A DNA stretch of 64,000 nucleotides, from positions 165,540,001 to 165,604,000 of the forward strand of contig OZ024742.1 in the NCBI GenBank assembly GCA_964016885.1, written 5' to 3'. A program made the translations under genes and the position numbers. The stretch comes from Eledone cirrhosa. Lineage: Eukaryota. Below the pieces are notes generated by a model. The model was given only the letters and a program-made list of their open reading frames with translations, was not told the DNA's origin and did not search any database. The first letter of the stretch is position 1. The number at the start of each line of letters is the position of its first letter. Below are positions 51,901-64,000 of the stretch, piece after piece.

Positions 51901-54900
51901 CGGCTGGAAATTATCTCCCCTTGATTTTTTTTACAAATTATCTCCCCCCGATTTTTTTTTACAAATTATCTCCCCCTGATTTTTTTTTACAAATTATCTC
52001 CCCCTGATTTTTTTTACAAATTATCTCCCCCTGATATTTTTTACAAATTATCTCCCCCTGATTTTTTTACAAATTATCTCCCCTTGGCTGGCTGGAAATT
52101 ATCTCCCCTTGGAGGCTGGAATTTATCTCCCCTTGGACGGCTAGAAATTACCTCGCCTTGGACGGCTGGAAAATATGTCTCCTTGGACGGCTGGAAATTA
52201 TCTCCCCTTGGACGGCTGGAAATTATCTCCCCTTGGACGGCTGGAAATTATCTCCCCTTGGACGGCTAGATATTACCTCCCCTTGGACGGCTGGAAATTA
52301 TCTCCCCTTGATTTTTTTTACAAATTATCTCCCCCTGATTTTTTTTTAAAATTATCTCCCCTTGAACGGCTGGAAATTATCTCCCCTTGGACGGCTGGAA
52401 ATTATCTCCCCTTGGACGGCTAGAAATTACCTCTCCTTGGACGGCTGAAAATTATCTCCCCTTGGACGGCTGCAAATTATCTCCCCTTGATTTTTTAACA
52501 AATTATCTCCCCCTGATTTTTTTTTACAAATTATCTCCCCCTGATTTTTTTTTACAAATTATCTACGCCTAATTTTTTTTACAAATTATCTCCCCCTGAT
52601 TTTTTTTTACAAATTATCTCCCCCTGATTTTTTTTACAAATTATCTCCCCCTGATTTTTTTTTACAAATTATTTCCCCCTGATTTTTTTACAAATTATCT
52701 CCCCCCTGATTTTTTTTACAATCTCCGCCTGATTTTTTTAAAAATTATCTTGCCTTGGCTGGCGGGAAATTATCTCCCCTTGGACGGCTGGAAATTATAT
52801 CCCCTTGGACGGCTGGAAATTACCTCCTCTTGGACAGCTGGAAATTATCTGCCCTTGATTTTGTTTTTACAAATTATCTCCCCCTGATTTTTTTTACAAA
52901 TTATCTCCACCTGATTTTTTAAAAAATTATCTCCCCTTGGACGGCTGGAAATTATCTCCCCTTGATTTTTTTACAAATTATCTCCCCCTGATTTTTTTTA
53001 CAAATTATCTCCCCCTGATTTTTTTTTACAAATTATCTCCCCCTGATTTTTTTACAAATTATCTCCCCCTGATTTTTTTTACAAATTATCTCCGCCTGAT
53101 TTTTTTAAATATTATCTTCCCTTGGCTGGCGGGAAATTATCTCCCCTTGGACGGCTGATAATTATCTCCCCTTGGACGGCTGGAAATTATCTCCCCTTGA
53201 TTTTTTTTACAAATTATCTCCCCCTGATTTTTTTTTACAAATTATCTCCCCCTGATTTTTTTTACAAATTATCTCCGCCTGATTTTTTTAAATATTATCT
53301 TCCCTTGGCTGGCTGGAAATTATCTCCCCTTGGAGGCTGGAATTTATCTCCCCTTGGACGGCTAGAAATTACCTCTCCTTGGACGGCTGGAAAATATTTC
53401 TCCTTGGACGGCTGGATATTATCTACCCTTGGACGGGTGGAAATTATCTCCCCTTGGACGGCTGGAAATTATCTCCCCTTGGACGGCTAGATATTACCTC
53501 CCCTTGGACGACTGGAAATTATCTCCCCTTGATTTTTTTTACAAATTATCTCCCCCTGATTTTTTTTTTACAAATTATCTCCCCCTGATTTTTTTACAAA
53601 TTATCTCCCCCTGATTTTTTTTACAAATTATCTCCGCCTGATTTTTTTAAATATTATCTTCTCTTGGCTGGCGGGAAATTATCTCCCCTTGGACGGCTGA
53701 AAATTATCACCCCTTGGACGGCTGGAAATTATCTCCCCTTGATTTTTTTTACAAATTATCTCCCCCTGATTTTTTTTTAAAAATTATCTCCCCCTGATTT
53801 TTTTTTACAAATTATCTCCCCCTGATTTTTTTTTACAAATTATCTCCCCCTGATTTTTTTTACAAATTATCTCCCCCTGATTTTTTTACAAATTATCTCC
53901 CCTTGGCTGGCTGGAAATTATCTCCCCTTGGACACTGTAAATTATAGCCCCTTGGAGGGCTGGAAATTATCTTACCTTGGACGGCTGGAAATTATCTCTG
54001 CTTGATTTTTTTTACAAATTATCTCCCCCTGATTTTTTTTTACAAATTATCCCCCCCGATTTTTTTTACAAATTATCTCCCCCTGATTTTTTTTACAAAT
54101 TATCTCCCCTTGGACGGCTGGAAATTATCTCCCCTTGGACGGCTGGAAATTATCTCTCCTTGGACGGCTAGAAATTACCTCTCCTTGGACGACTGAAAAT
54201 TATCTCCCCTTGGACGGCTGCAAATTATCTCCCCTTGATTTCTTTTACAAATTATCTCCGCCTGATTTTTTTTTTAAAATTATCTCCCCTTGGACGGCTG
54301 GAAATTACCTCCCCTTGGACGGCTGGAAATTATCTCCCCTTGGACGGCTAGAAATTACCTCTCATTGGACGGCTGAAAATTATCTCCCCTTGGACGGCTG
54401 GAAATTATCTCCCCTTGATTTTTTTTACAAATTATCTCCCCCTGATTTTTTTTTTACAAATTATCTCCGCCTGATTTTTTTTTAAAATTATCTCTCCTTG
54501 GACGGCTGGATATTATCTCCCCTTTCATTTTTTTTACAAATTATCTCCCCCTGATTTTTTTTTACAAATTATCTCCCCCTGATTTTTTTTTACAAATTAT
54601 CTACCCCTAATTTTTTTTTACAAATTATCTCCCCCTGATTTTTTTTACAAATTATCTCCCCCTGATTTTTTTTTTACAAATTATCTCCCCCTGATTTTTT
54701 TACAAATTATCTCCCCCTGATTTTTTTTACAAATTATCTCCGCCTGATTTTTTTAAATATTATCTTCTCTTGGCTGGCGGGAAATTATCTCCCCTTGGAC
54801 GGCTGAAAATTATCTCCCCTTGGACGGCTGGAAATTATCTCCCCTTGATTTTTTTTACAAATTATCTCCCCCTGATTTTTTTTTACAAATTATCTCCCCC

Positions 54901-57900
54901 TGATTTTTTTTTACAAATTATCTCCCCCTGATTTTTTTTTACAAATTATCTCCCCCTGATTTTTTTTACAAATTATCTCCCCCTGATTTTTTTACAAATT
55001 ATCTCCCCTTGGCTGGCTGGAAATTATCTCCCCTTGGAGGCTGGAATTTATCTCCCCTTGGACGGCTAGAAATTACCTCTCCTTGGACGGCTGGAAAATA
55101 TGTCCTTGGACGGCTGGATATTATCTACCCTTGGACGGCTGGAAATTATCTCCCCTTGGACGGCTGGAAATTATCTCCCCTTGGACGGCTAGATATTACC
55201 TCCCCTTGGACGGCTGGAAATTATCTCCCCTTGATTTTTTTTACAAATTATCTCCCCCTGATTTTTTTTTACAAATTATCTCCCCCTGATTTTTTTTTAC
55301 AAATTATCTCCGCCTGATTTTTTTTTACAAATTATCTCCCCCTAATTTTTTTTACAAATTATCTCTCCCTGATCTTTTTTTACAAATTATCTCCCCCTGA
55401 TTTTTTTTTACCAATTATCTACCCCTGATTTTTTTTTACAAATTATCTCCCCCTTATTTTTTTTACAAATTATCTCCCCCTGATTTTTTTTACAAATTAT
55501 CTCCCCCTGATTTTTTTACAAATTATCTCCCCCCGATTTTTTTTACAAATTATATCCGCCTAATTTTTTAAATATTATCTATCCTTGGCTGGCGGGAAAT
55601 TATCTCCCCTTGGACGGCTGAAAATTTTCTCCCCTTGGACGGCTGGAAATTATCTCCCCTTGATTTTTTTACAAATTATCTCCCCCTGATTATTTTTTAC
55701 AAATTATCTCCCCCTGATTTTTTTTTACAAATTATCTCCCTCTGATTTTTTTTACAAATTATCTCCCCTTGGCTGGCTGGAAATTATCTCCCCTTGGAGG
55801 CTGGAATTTATCTCCCCTTGGACGGTTAGAAATTACCTCTCCTTGGACTGCTGGAAAATATGTCTCCTTGGACGGCTGGAAATTATCTCCCCTTGGACGG
55901 CTGGAAATTATCTCCCCTTGGACGGCTGGAAATTATCTCTCCTCGGACGACTAGAAATTACCTCTCCTTGGACAGCTGAAAATTATCTCCCCTTGGACGG
56001 CTGGAAATTATCTCCCCTTGATTTTTTTTACAAATTATCTCCCCCTGATTTATTTTACAAATTATCTCCCCCTGATTTTTTTTTACAAATTATCTCCCCC
56101 TGATTTTTTTTACAAATTATCTCCCCCTGATATTTTTTACAAATTATCTCCCCCTGATTTTTTTACAAATTATCTCCCCTTGGCTGGCTGGAAATTATCT
56201 ACCCTTGGAGGCTGGAATTTATCTCCCCTTGGACGGCTAGAAATTACCTCGCCTTGGACGGCTGGAAAATATGTCTCCTTGGACGGCTGGAAATTATCTC
56301 CCCTTGGACGGCTGGAAATTATCTCCCCTTGGACGGCTGGAAATTATCTCCCCTTGGACGGCTAGATATTACCTCCCCTTGGACGGCTGGAAATTATCTC
56401 CCCTTGATTTTTTTTACAAATTATCTCCCCCTGATTTTTTTTTACAAATTATCTCCCCCTGATTTTTTTTTACGAAGTATCTCCCCCTGATTTTTTTTTA
56501 CAAATTATCTCCGCCTGATTTTTTTTAAAAAATTATCTCCCCTTGAACGGCTGGAAATTATCTCCCCTTGGACGGCTGGAAATTATCTCCCCTTGGACGG
56601 CTAGAAATTACCTCTCCTTGGACGGCTGAAAATTATCTCCCATTGGACGGCTGCAAATTATCTCCCCTTGATTTTTTAACAAATTATCTCCCCCTGATTT
56701 TTTTTTACAAATTATCTCCCCCTGATTTTTTTTTACAAATTATCTACGCCTAATTTTTTTTACAAATTATCTCCCCCTGATTTTTTTTATACAAATTATC
56801 TCCCCCTGATTTTTTTTACAAATTATCTCCCCCTGATTTTTTTTTACAAATTATTTCCCCCTGATTTTTTTAAAAATTATCTTCCCTTGGCTGGCGGGAA
56901 ATTATCTCCCCTTGGACGGCTGGAAATTATATCCCCTTGGAAGGATGGAAATTATCTCCCCTTGGACGGCTGGAAATTATCTCCCCTTGGACGGCTGGAA
57001 ATTATCTCCCCTTGGACAGCTGGAAATTATCTGTCCTTGATTTTGTTTTTACAAATTATCTCCCCCTGATTTTTTTTACAAATTATCTCCACCTGATTTT
57101 TTAAAAAATTATCTCCCCTTGGACGGCTGGAAATTATCTCCCCTTGATTTTTTTTACAAATTATCTCCCCCTGATTTTTTTTTACAAATTATCTCCCCCT
57201 GATTTTTTTTTACAAATTATCTCCCCCTGATTTTTTTTTACAAATTATCTCCCCCTGATATTTTTTACAAATTATCTCCCCCTGATTTTTTTACAAATTA
57301 TCTCCCCTTGGCTGGCTGGAAATTATCTCCCCTTGGAGGCTGGAATTTATCTCCCCTTGGACGGCTAGAAATTACCTCGCCTTGGACGGCTGGAAAATAT
57401 GTCTCCTTGGACGGCTGGAAATTATCTCCCCTTGGACGGCTGGAAATTATCTCCCCTTGGACAGCTGGAAATTATCTCCCCTTGGACGGCTAGATATTAC
57501 CTCCCCTTGGACGGCTGGAAATTATCTCCCCTTGATTTTTTTTACAAATTATCTCCCCCTGATTTTTTTTTACAAATTATCTCCCCCTGATTTTTTTTAC
57601 GAATTATCTCCCCCCGATTTTTTTTTACAAATTATCTCCGCCTGATTTTTTTTTAAAAATTATCTCCCCTTGAACGGCTGGAAATTATCTCCCCTTGGAC
57701 GGCTGGAAATTATCTCCCCTTGGACGGCTAGAAATTACCTCTCCTTGGACGGCTGAAAATTATCTCCCCTTGGACGGCTGCAAATTATCTCCCCTTGATT
57801 TTTTAACAAATTATCTCCCCCTGATTTTTTTTTACAAATTATCTCCCCCTGATTTTTTTTTACAAATTATCTCCCCCTGATTTTTTTTTACAAATTATCT

Positions 57901-58110
57901 CCCCCTGATTTTTTTACAAATTATCTCCCCCTGATTTTTTTTACAATCTCCGCCTGATTTTTTAAAAAATTATCTTCCCTTGGCTGGCGGGAAATTATCT
58001 CCCCTTGGACGGCTGGAAATTATCTCCCCTTGGACGGCTGGAAATTATCTCCCCTTGGACAGCTGGAAATTATCTGCCCTTGATTTTGTTTTTACAAATT
58101 ATCTCCCCCT
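43230..58110 (+). repeat. Tandem higher-order duplication: copy 1 ~43230-50310 (7,081-7,082 bp), copy 2 ~50311-58110 with 759 bp that copy 1 lacks
   Basis: Offsets of 7,081/7,082 for 43592/50673 through 48687/55769. Private variants GGCTGATAAT (46071/53153), GACACTGTAA (46849/53931) and GATCTTTT (48289/55371). The offset becomes 7,841 and then 7,791/2 after 48930. Confidence 0.92.
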
Positions 58111-58149
58111 GATTTTTTTTACAAATTATCTCCACCTGATTTTTTAAAA

Positions 58150-61100
58150 AATTATCTCCCCTTGGACGGCTGGAAATTATCTCCCCTTGATTTTTTTACA
58201 AATTATCTCCCCCTGATTTTTTTTACAAATTATCTCCCCCTGATTTTATGTTACAAATTATCTCCCCCTGATTTTTTTACAAATTATCTCCCCCTGATTT
58301 TTTTTACAAATTATCTCCGCCTGATTTTTTTAAATATTATCTTCCCTTGGCTGGCGGGAAATTATCTCCCCTTGGACGGCTGGAAATTATCTCCCCTTGA
58401 TTTTTTTTACAAATTATCTCCCCCTGATTTTTTTTTACAAATTATCTCCCCCTGATTTTTTTTTACAAATTATCTCCCCCTGATTTTTTTTTACAAATTA
58501 TCTCCCCCTGATTTTTTTTTACAAATCTCCCCCTGATTTTTTTATAAATTATCTCCCCTTGGCTGGCTGGAAATTATCTCCCCTTGGAGGCTGGAATTTA
58601 TCTCCCCTTGGACGGCTAGAAATTACCTCTCCTTGGATGGCTGGAAAATATGTCTCCTTGGACGGCTGGATATTATCTACCCTTGGACGGCTGGAAATTA
58701 TCTCCCCTTGGACGGCTGGAAATTATCTCCCCTTGGACGGCTAGATATTACCTCCCATTGGACGGCTGGAAATTATCTCCCCTTGATTTTTTTTACAAAT
58801 TATCTCCCCCTGATTTTTTTTTACGAATTATCTCCCCCTGATTTTTTTTTTAAAATTATCTCCCCTTGAACGGCTGGAAATTATCTCCCCTTGGACGGCT
58901 GGAAATTATCTCCCCTTGGACGGCTAGAAATTACCTCTCCTTGGACGGCTGAAAATTATCTCCCCTTGGACGGCTGCAAATTATCTCCCCTTGATTTTTT
59001 TAACAAATTATCTCCCCCTGATTTTTTTTTACAAATTATCTCCCCCTGATTTTTTTTTACAAATTATCTACGCCTAATTTTTTTTACAAATTATCTCCCC
59101 CTGATTTTTTTTTACAAATTATCTCCCCCTGATTTTTTTTACAAATTATCTCCCCCTGATTTTTTTTACAAATTATCTCCCCCTGATTTTTTTACAAATT
59201 ATCTCCCCCCTGATTTTTTTTACAATCTCCGCCTGATTTTTTTAAAAATTATCTTCCCTTGGCTGGCGGGAAATTATCTCCCCTTGGACGGCTGGAAATT
59301 ATATCCCCTTGGAAGGATGGAAATTATCTCCCCTTGGACGGCTGGAAATTATCTCCCCTTGGACGGCTGGAAATTACCTCCCCTTGGACAGCTGGAAATT
59401 ATCTGCCCTTGATTTTGTTTTTACAAATTATCTCCCCCTGATTTTTTTTACAAATTATCTCCACCTGATTTTTTAAAAAATTATCTCCCCTTGGACGGCT
59501 GGAAATTATCTCCCCTTGGACGGCTGGAAATTATCTCCCCTTGATTTTTTTTACAAATTATCTCCCCCTGATTTTTTTTTACAAATTATCTCCCCCTGAT
59601 TTTTTTTACAAATTATCTCCCCCTGATTTTTTTTTACAAATTATTTCCCCCTGATTTTTTTACAAATTATCTCCCCCCTGATTTTTTTTACAATCTCCGC
59701 CTGATTATTTTAAAAATTATCTTCCCTTGGCTGGCGGGAAATTATCTCCCCTTGGACGGCTGGAAATTATATCCCCTTGGAAGGATGGAAATTATCTCCC
59801 CTTGGACGGCTGGAAATTATCTCCCCTTGGACGGCTGGAAATTATCTCCCCTTGGACAGCTGGAAATTATCTGCCCTTGATTTTGTTTTTACAAATTATC
59901 TCCCCCTGATTTTTTTTACAAATTATCTCCACCTGATTTTTTAAAAAATTATCTCCCCTTGGACGGCTGGAAATTATCTCCCCTTGATTTTTTTTACAAA
60001 TTATCTCCCCCTGATTTTTTTTTACAAATTATCTCCCCCTGATTTTTTTTTACAAATTATCTCCCCCTGATTTTTTTTTACAAATTATCTCACCCTGATT
60101 TTTTTTACAAATTATCTCTCCCTGATTTTTTTACAAATTATCTCCCCTTGGCTGGCTGGAAATTATCTCCCCTTGGAGGCTGGAATTTATCTCCCCTTGG
60201 ACGGCTAGAAATTACCTCTCCTTGGACGGCTGGAAAATATGTCTCCTTGGACGGCTGGATATTATCTACCCTTGGACGGCTGGAAATTATCTCCCCTTGG
60301 ACGGCTGGAAATTATCTCCTCTTGGACGGCTAGATATTACCTCCCCTTGGACGGCTGGAAATTATCTCCCCTTGATTTTTTTACAAATTATCTCCCCCTG
60401 ATTTTTTTACAAATTATCTCCCCCTGATTTTTTTTACAAATTATCTCCGCCTAATTTTTTTAAATATTATCTTCCCTTGGCTGGCGGGAAATTATCTCCC
60501 CTTGGACGGCTGAAAATTATCTCCCCTTGGACGGCTGGAAATTATCTCCCCTTGATTTTTTTTACAAATTATCTCCCCCTGATTTTTTTTTACAAATTAT
60601 CTCCCCCTGATTTTTTTTACAAATTATCTCCTCCTGATTTTTTTACAAATTATCTCCCCTTGGCTGGCTGGAAATTATCTCCCCTTGGAGGCTGGAATTT
60701 ATCTCCCCTTGGACGGCTAGAAATTACCTCTCCTTGGAAGGCTGGAAAATATGTCCTTGGACGGCTGGATATTATCTACCCTTGGACGGCTGGAAATTAT
60801 CTCCCCTTGGACGGCTGGAAATTATCTCCCCTTGGACGGCTAGATATTACCTCCCCTTGGACGGCTGAAAATTATCTCCCCTTGGACGGCTGGAAATTAT
60901 CTCCCCTTGATTTTTTTTACAAATTATCTCCCCCTGATTATTTTTTACAAATTATCCCCTGATTTTTTTTTTACAAATTATCTCCCCCTGATTTTTTTTA
61001 CAAATTATCTCCCCCTGATTTTTTTACAAATTATCTCCCCTTGGCTGGCTGGAAATTATCTCCCATTGGAGGCTGGAATTTATCTCCCCTTGGACGGTTA

Positions 61101-64000
61101 GAAATTACCTCCCCTTGGACGGCTGGAAAATATGTCTCCTTGGACGGCTGGAAATTATCGCCCCTTGGACGGCTGGAAATTATCTCCCCTTGGACGGCTG
61201 GAAATTATCTCTCATCGGACGGCTAGAAATTACCTCTCCTTGGACAGCTGAAAATTATCTCCCCTTGGACGGCTGGAAATTATCTCCCCTTGATTTTTTT
61301 TACAAATTATCTCCCCCTGATTTTTTTTTACAAATTATCTCCCCCTGATTTTTTTTTACAAATTATCTCCCCCTGATTTTTTTTTACAAATTATCTCCCC
61401 CTGATATTTTTTACAAATTATCTCCCCCTGATTTTTTTACAAATTATCTCCCCTTGGCTGGCTGGAAATTATCTCCCCTTGGAGGCTGGAATTTATCTCC
61501 CCTTGGACGGCTAGAAATTACCTCGCCTTGGACGGCTGGAAAATATGTCTCCTTGGACGGCTGGAAATTATCTCCCCTTGGACGGCTGGAAATTATCTCC
61601 CCTTGGACAGCTGGAAATTATCTCCCCTTGGACGGCTAGATATTACCTCCCCTTGGACGGCTGGAAATTATCTCCCCTTGATTTTTTTTACAAATTATCT
61701 CCCCCTGATTTTTTTTTACAAATTATCTCCCCCTGATTTTTTTTTACGAATTATCTCCCCCCGATTTTTTTTTACAAATTATCTCCGGCTGATTTTTTTT
61801 TAAAAATTATCTCCCCTTGAACGGCTGGAAATTATCTCCCCTTGGACGGCTGGAAATTATCTCCCCTTGGACGGCTAGAAATTACCTCTCCTTGGACGGC
61901 TGAAAATTATCTCCCCTTGGACGGCTGCAAATTATCTCCCCTTGATTTTTTAACAAATTATCTCCCCCTGATTTTTTTTTACAAATTATCTCCCCCTGAT
62001 TTTTTTTTACAAATTATCTCCCCCTGATTTTTTTTTACAAATTATCTCCCCCTGATTTTTTTACAAATTATCTCCCCCTGATTTTTTTTACAATCTCCGC
62101 CTGATTTTTTAAAAAATTATCTTCCCTTGGCTGGCGGGAAATTATCTCCCCTTGGACGGCTGGAAATTATCTCCCCTTGGACGGCTGGAAATTATCTCCC
62201 CTAGGACAGCTGGAAATTATCTGCCCTTGATTTTGTTTTTACAAATTATCTCCCCCTGATTTTTTTTACAAATTATCTCCACCTGATTTTTTAAAAAATT
62301 ATCTCCCCTTGGACGGCTGGAAATTATCTCCCCTTGATTTTTTTACAAATTATCTCCCCCTGATTTTTTTTACAAGTTATCTCCCCCTGATTTTATGTTA
62401 CAAATTATCTCCCCCTGATTTTTTTACAAATTATCTCCCCCTGATTTTTTTTACAAATTATCTCCGCCTGATTTTTTTAAATATTATCTTCCCTTGGCTG
62501 GCGGGAAATTATCTCCCCTTGGACGGCTGGAAATTATCTCCCCTTGATTTTTTTTACAAATTATCTCCCCCTGATTTTTTTTTACAAATTATCTCCCCCT
62601 GATTTTTTTTTACAAATTATCTCCCCCTGATTTTTTTTTACAAATTATCTCCCCCTGATTTTTTTTTACAAATCTCCCCCTGATTTTTTTATAAATTATC
62701 TCCCCTTGGCTGGCTGGAAATTATCTCCCCTTGGAGGCTGGAATTTATCTCCCCTTGGACGGCTAGAAATTACCTCTCCTTGGATGGCTGGAAAATATGT
62801 CTCCTTGGACGGCTGGATATTATCTACCCTTGGACGGCTGGAAATTATCTCCCCTTGGACGGCTGGAAATTATCTCCCCTTGGACGGCTAGATATTACCT
62901 CCCATTGGACGGCTGGAAATTATCTCCCCTTGATTTTTTTTACAAATTATCTCCCCCTGATTTTTTTTTACGAATTATCTCCCCCTGATTTTTTTTTACA
63001 AATTATCTCCGCCTGATTTTTTTTTAAAAATTATCTCCCCTTGAACGGCTGGAAATTATCTCCCCTTGGACGGCTGGAAATTATCTCCCCTTGGACGGCT
63101 AGAAATTACCTCTCCTTGGACGGCTGAAAATTATCTCCCCTTGGACGGCTGCAAATTATCTCCCCTTGATTTTTTTAACAAATTATCTCCCCCTGATTTT
63201 TTTTTACAAATTATCTCCCCCTGATTTTTTTTACAAATTATCTACGCCTAATTTTTTTTACAAATTATCTCCCCCTGATTTTTTTTTACAAATTATCTCC
63301 CCCTGATTTTTTTTACAAATTATCTCCCCTTGGCTGGCTGGAAATTATCTCCCCTTGGAGGCTGGAATTTATCTCCCCTTGGACGGTTAGAAATTACCTC
63401 TCCTTGGACTGCTGGAAAATATGTCTCCTTGGACGGCTGGAAATTATCTCCCCTTGGACGGCTGGAAATTATCTCCCCTTGGACGGCTGGAAATTATCTC
63501 TCCTCGGACGACTAGAAATTACCTCTCCTTGGACAGCTGAAAATTATCTCCCCTTGGACGGCTGGAAATTATCTCCCCTTGATTTTTTTTACAAATTATC
63601 TCCCCCTGATTTATTTTACAAATTATCTCCCCCTGATTTTTTTTTACAAATTATCTCCCCCTGATTTTTTTTACAAATTATCTCCCCCTGATATTTTTTA
63701 CAAATTATCTCCCCCTGATTTTTTTACAAATTATCTCCCCTTGGCTGGCTGGAAATTATCTACCCTTGGAGGCTGGAATTTATCTCCCCTTGGACGGCTA
63801 GAAATTACCTCGCCTTGGACGGCTGGAAAATATGTCTCCTTGGACGGCTGGAAATTATCTCCCCTTGGACGGCTGGAAATTATCTCCCCTTGGACGGCTG
63901 GAAATTATCTCCCCTTGGACGGCTAGATATTACCTCCCCTTGGACGGCTGGAAATTATCTCCCCTTGATTTTTTTTACAAATTATCTCCCCCTGATTTTT
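58150..64000 (+). repeat. Dispersed copies of ~16380-18830 (offset ~41,750) and ~18850-21516 (offset 42,484)
   Basis: Landmarks 16389/58162, 17514/59259 and 18402/60148; then 18970/61454 through 21095/63579. Confidence 0.85.

Larger units (their letters stand above)
1..64000 (+). repeat. Composite satellite DNA array of two related monomers: A (25 bp, AAATTATCTCCCCTTGGACGGCTGG) and B (26-28 bp, AAATTATCTCCCCCTGA(T)7-9AC), in alternating blocks, single orientation, open at both window ends
   Basis: The core AAATTATCTCCCC(T/C)TG or a close variant recurs every ~25-28 bp from the first line to the last. No unique sequence or inverted segment was seen. Confidence 0.98.

Noticed and set aside
107-63926. 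Hundreds of plus-strand ORFs encoding KLSPLGRLEIISPWTAGNYLPLDGW / TNYLPLIFF / YKLSPPDFF repeats (longest 248 aa at 42052 and 233 aa at 6952)
   Set aside because: The 25-bp A monomer has no stop codon and its length is not a multiple of 3, so all three frames give the same 25-aa cycle. Starts are mostly TTG from the core. Frames shift with 23/24-bp monomers and T-tract lengths, so no frame is preserved.
1-64000. Complete absence of minus-strand ORFs
   Set aside because: This follows trivially from TAA in the reverse-complemented core (AGATAATTT) cycling through all frames, plus TAA in GTAAAA. It is not evidence of plus-strand coding.
1-64000. CRISPR-like layout (constant core plus variable intervening sequence)
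   Set aside because: The intervening segments are only 9-12 bp and of two recurring types rather than unique spacers. There is no leader or cas gene.
1-64000. Telomerase-synthesised repeat (25-bp unit with C-rich/G-rich strands, as in some budding yeasts)
   Set aside because: It does not match any telomeric repeat I know. Ordered variants and kb-scale duplications carrying private SNPs indicate recombination or replication-based copying, not templated addition. A subtelomeric location is not excluded.

Overview
The whole 64 kb window is one uninterrupted, head-to-tail satellite DNA array of roughly 2,400 monomers (64,000 / ~26 bp). I see no gene, RNA gene, transposon or unique sequence. It is built from two monomer types that share a 16-bp core, AAATTATCTCCCC(T/C)TG. 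Type A is 25 bp and about 52% GC (AAATTATCTCCCCTTGGACGGCTGG). Type B is 26-28 bp and about 30% GC (AAATTATCTCCCCCTGA-T7-9-AC). The two types alternate in blocks of about 1-13 monomers. The array is hierarchical: monomer, a relic 5-monomer (125 bp) unit, a small set of fixed A-block modules with stereotyped junctions, local 147 and 468 bp duplications, near-identical kb-scale tandem duplications (3,494/5 bp, 7,371 bp, 7,081/2 bp), and dispersed copies 20-42 kb apart. All predicted ORFs are artefacts of translating the repeat. The architecture fits eukaryotic heterochromatic, centromeric or subtelomeric satellite, but neither organism nor function can be determined from the sequence. The most interesting points are the two-letter block grammar, rule-breaking junctions that mark recombination in the shared core, inherited T-tract lengths, and an AGATAA (GATA) site in nearly every monomer. 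I cannot claim a new biological system; the functional ideas below are hypotheses.
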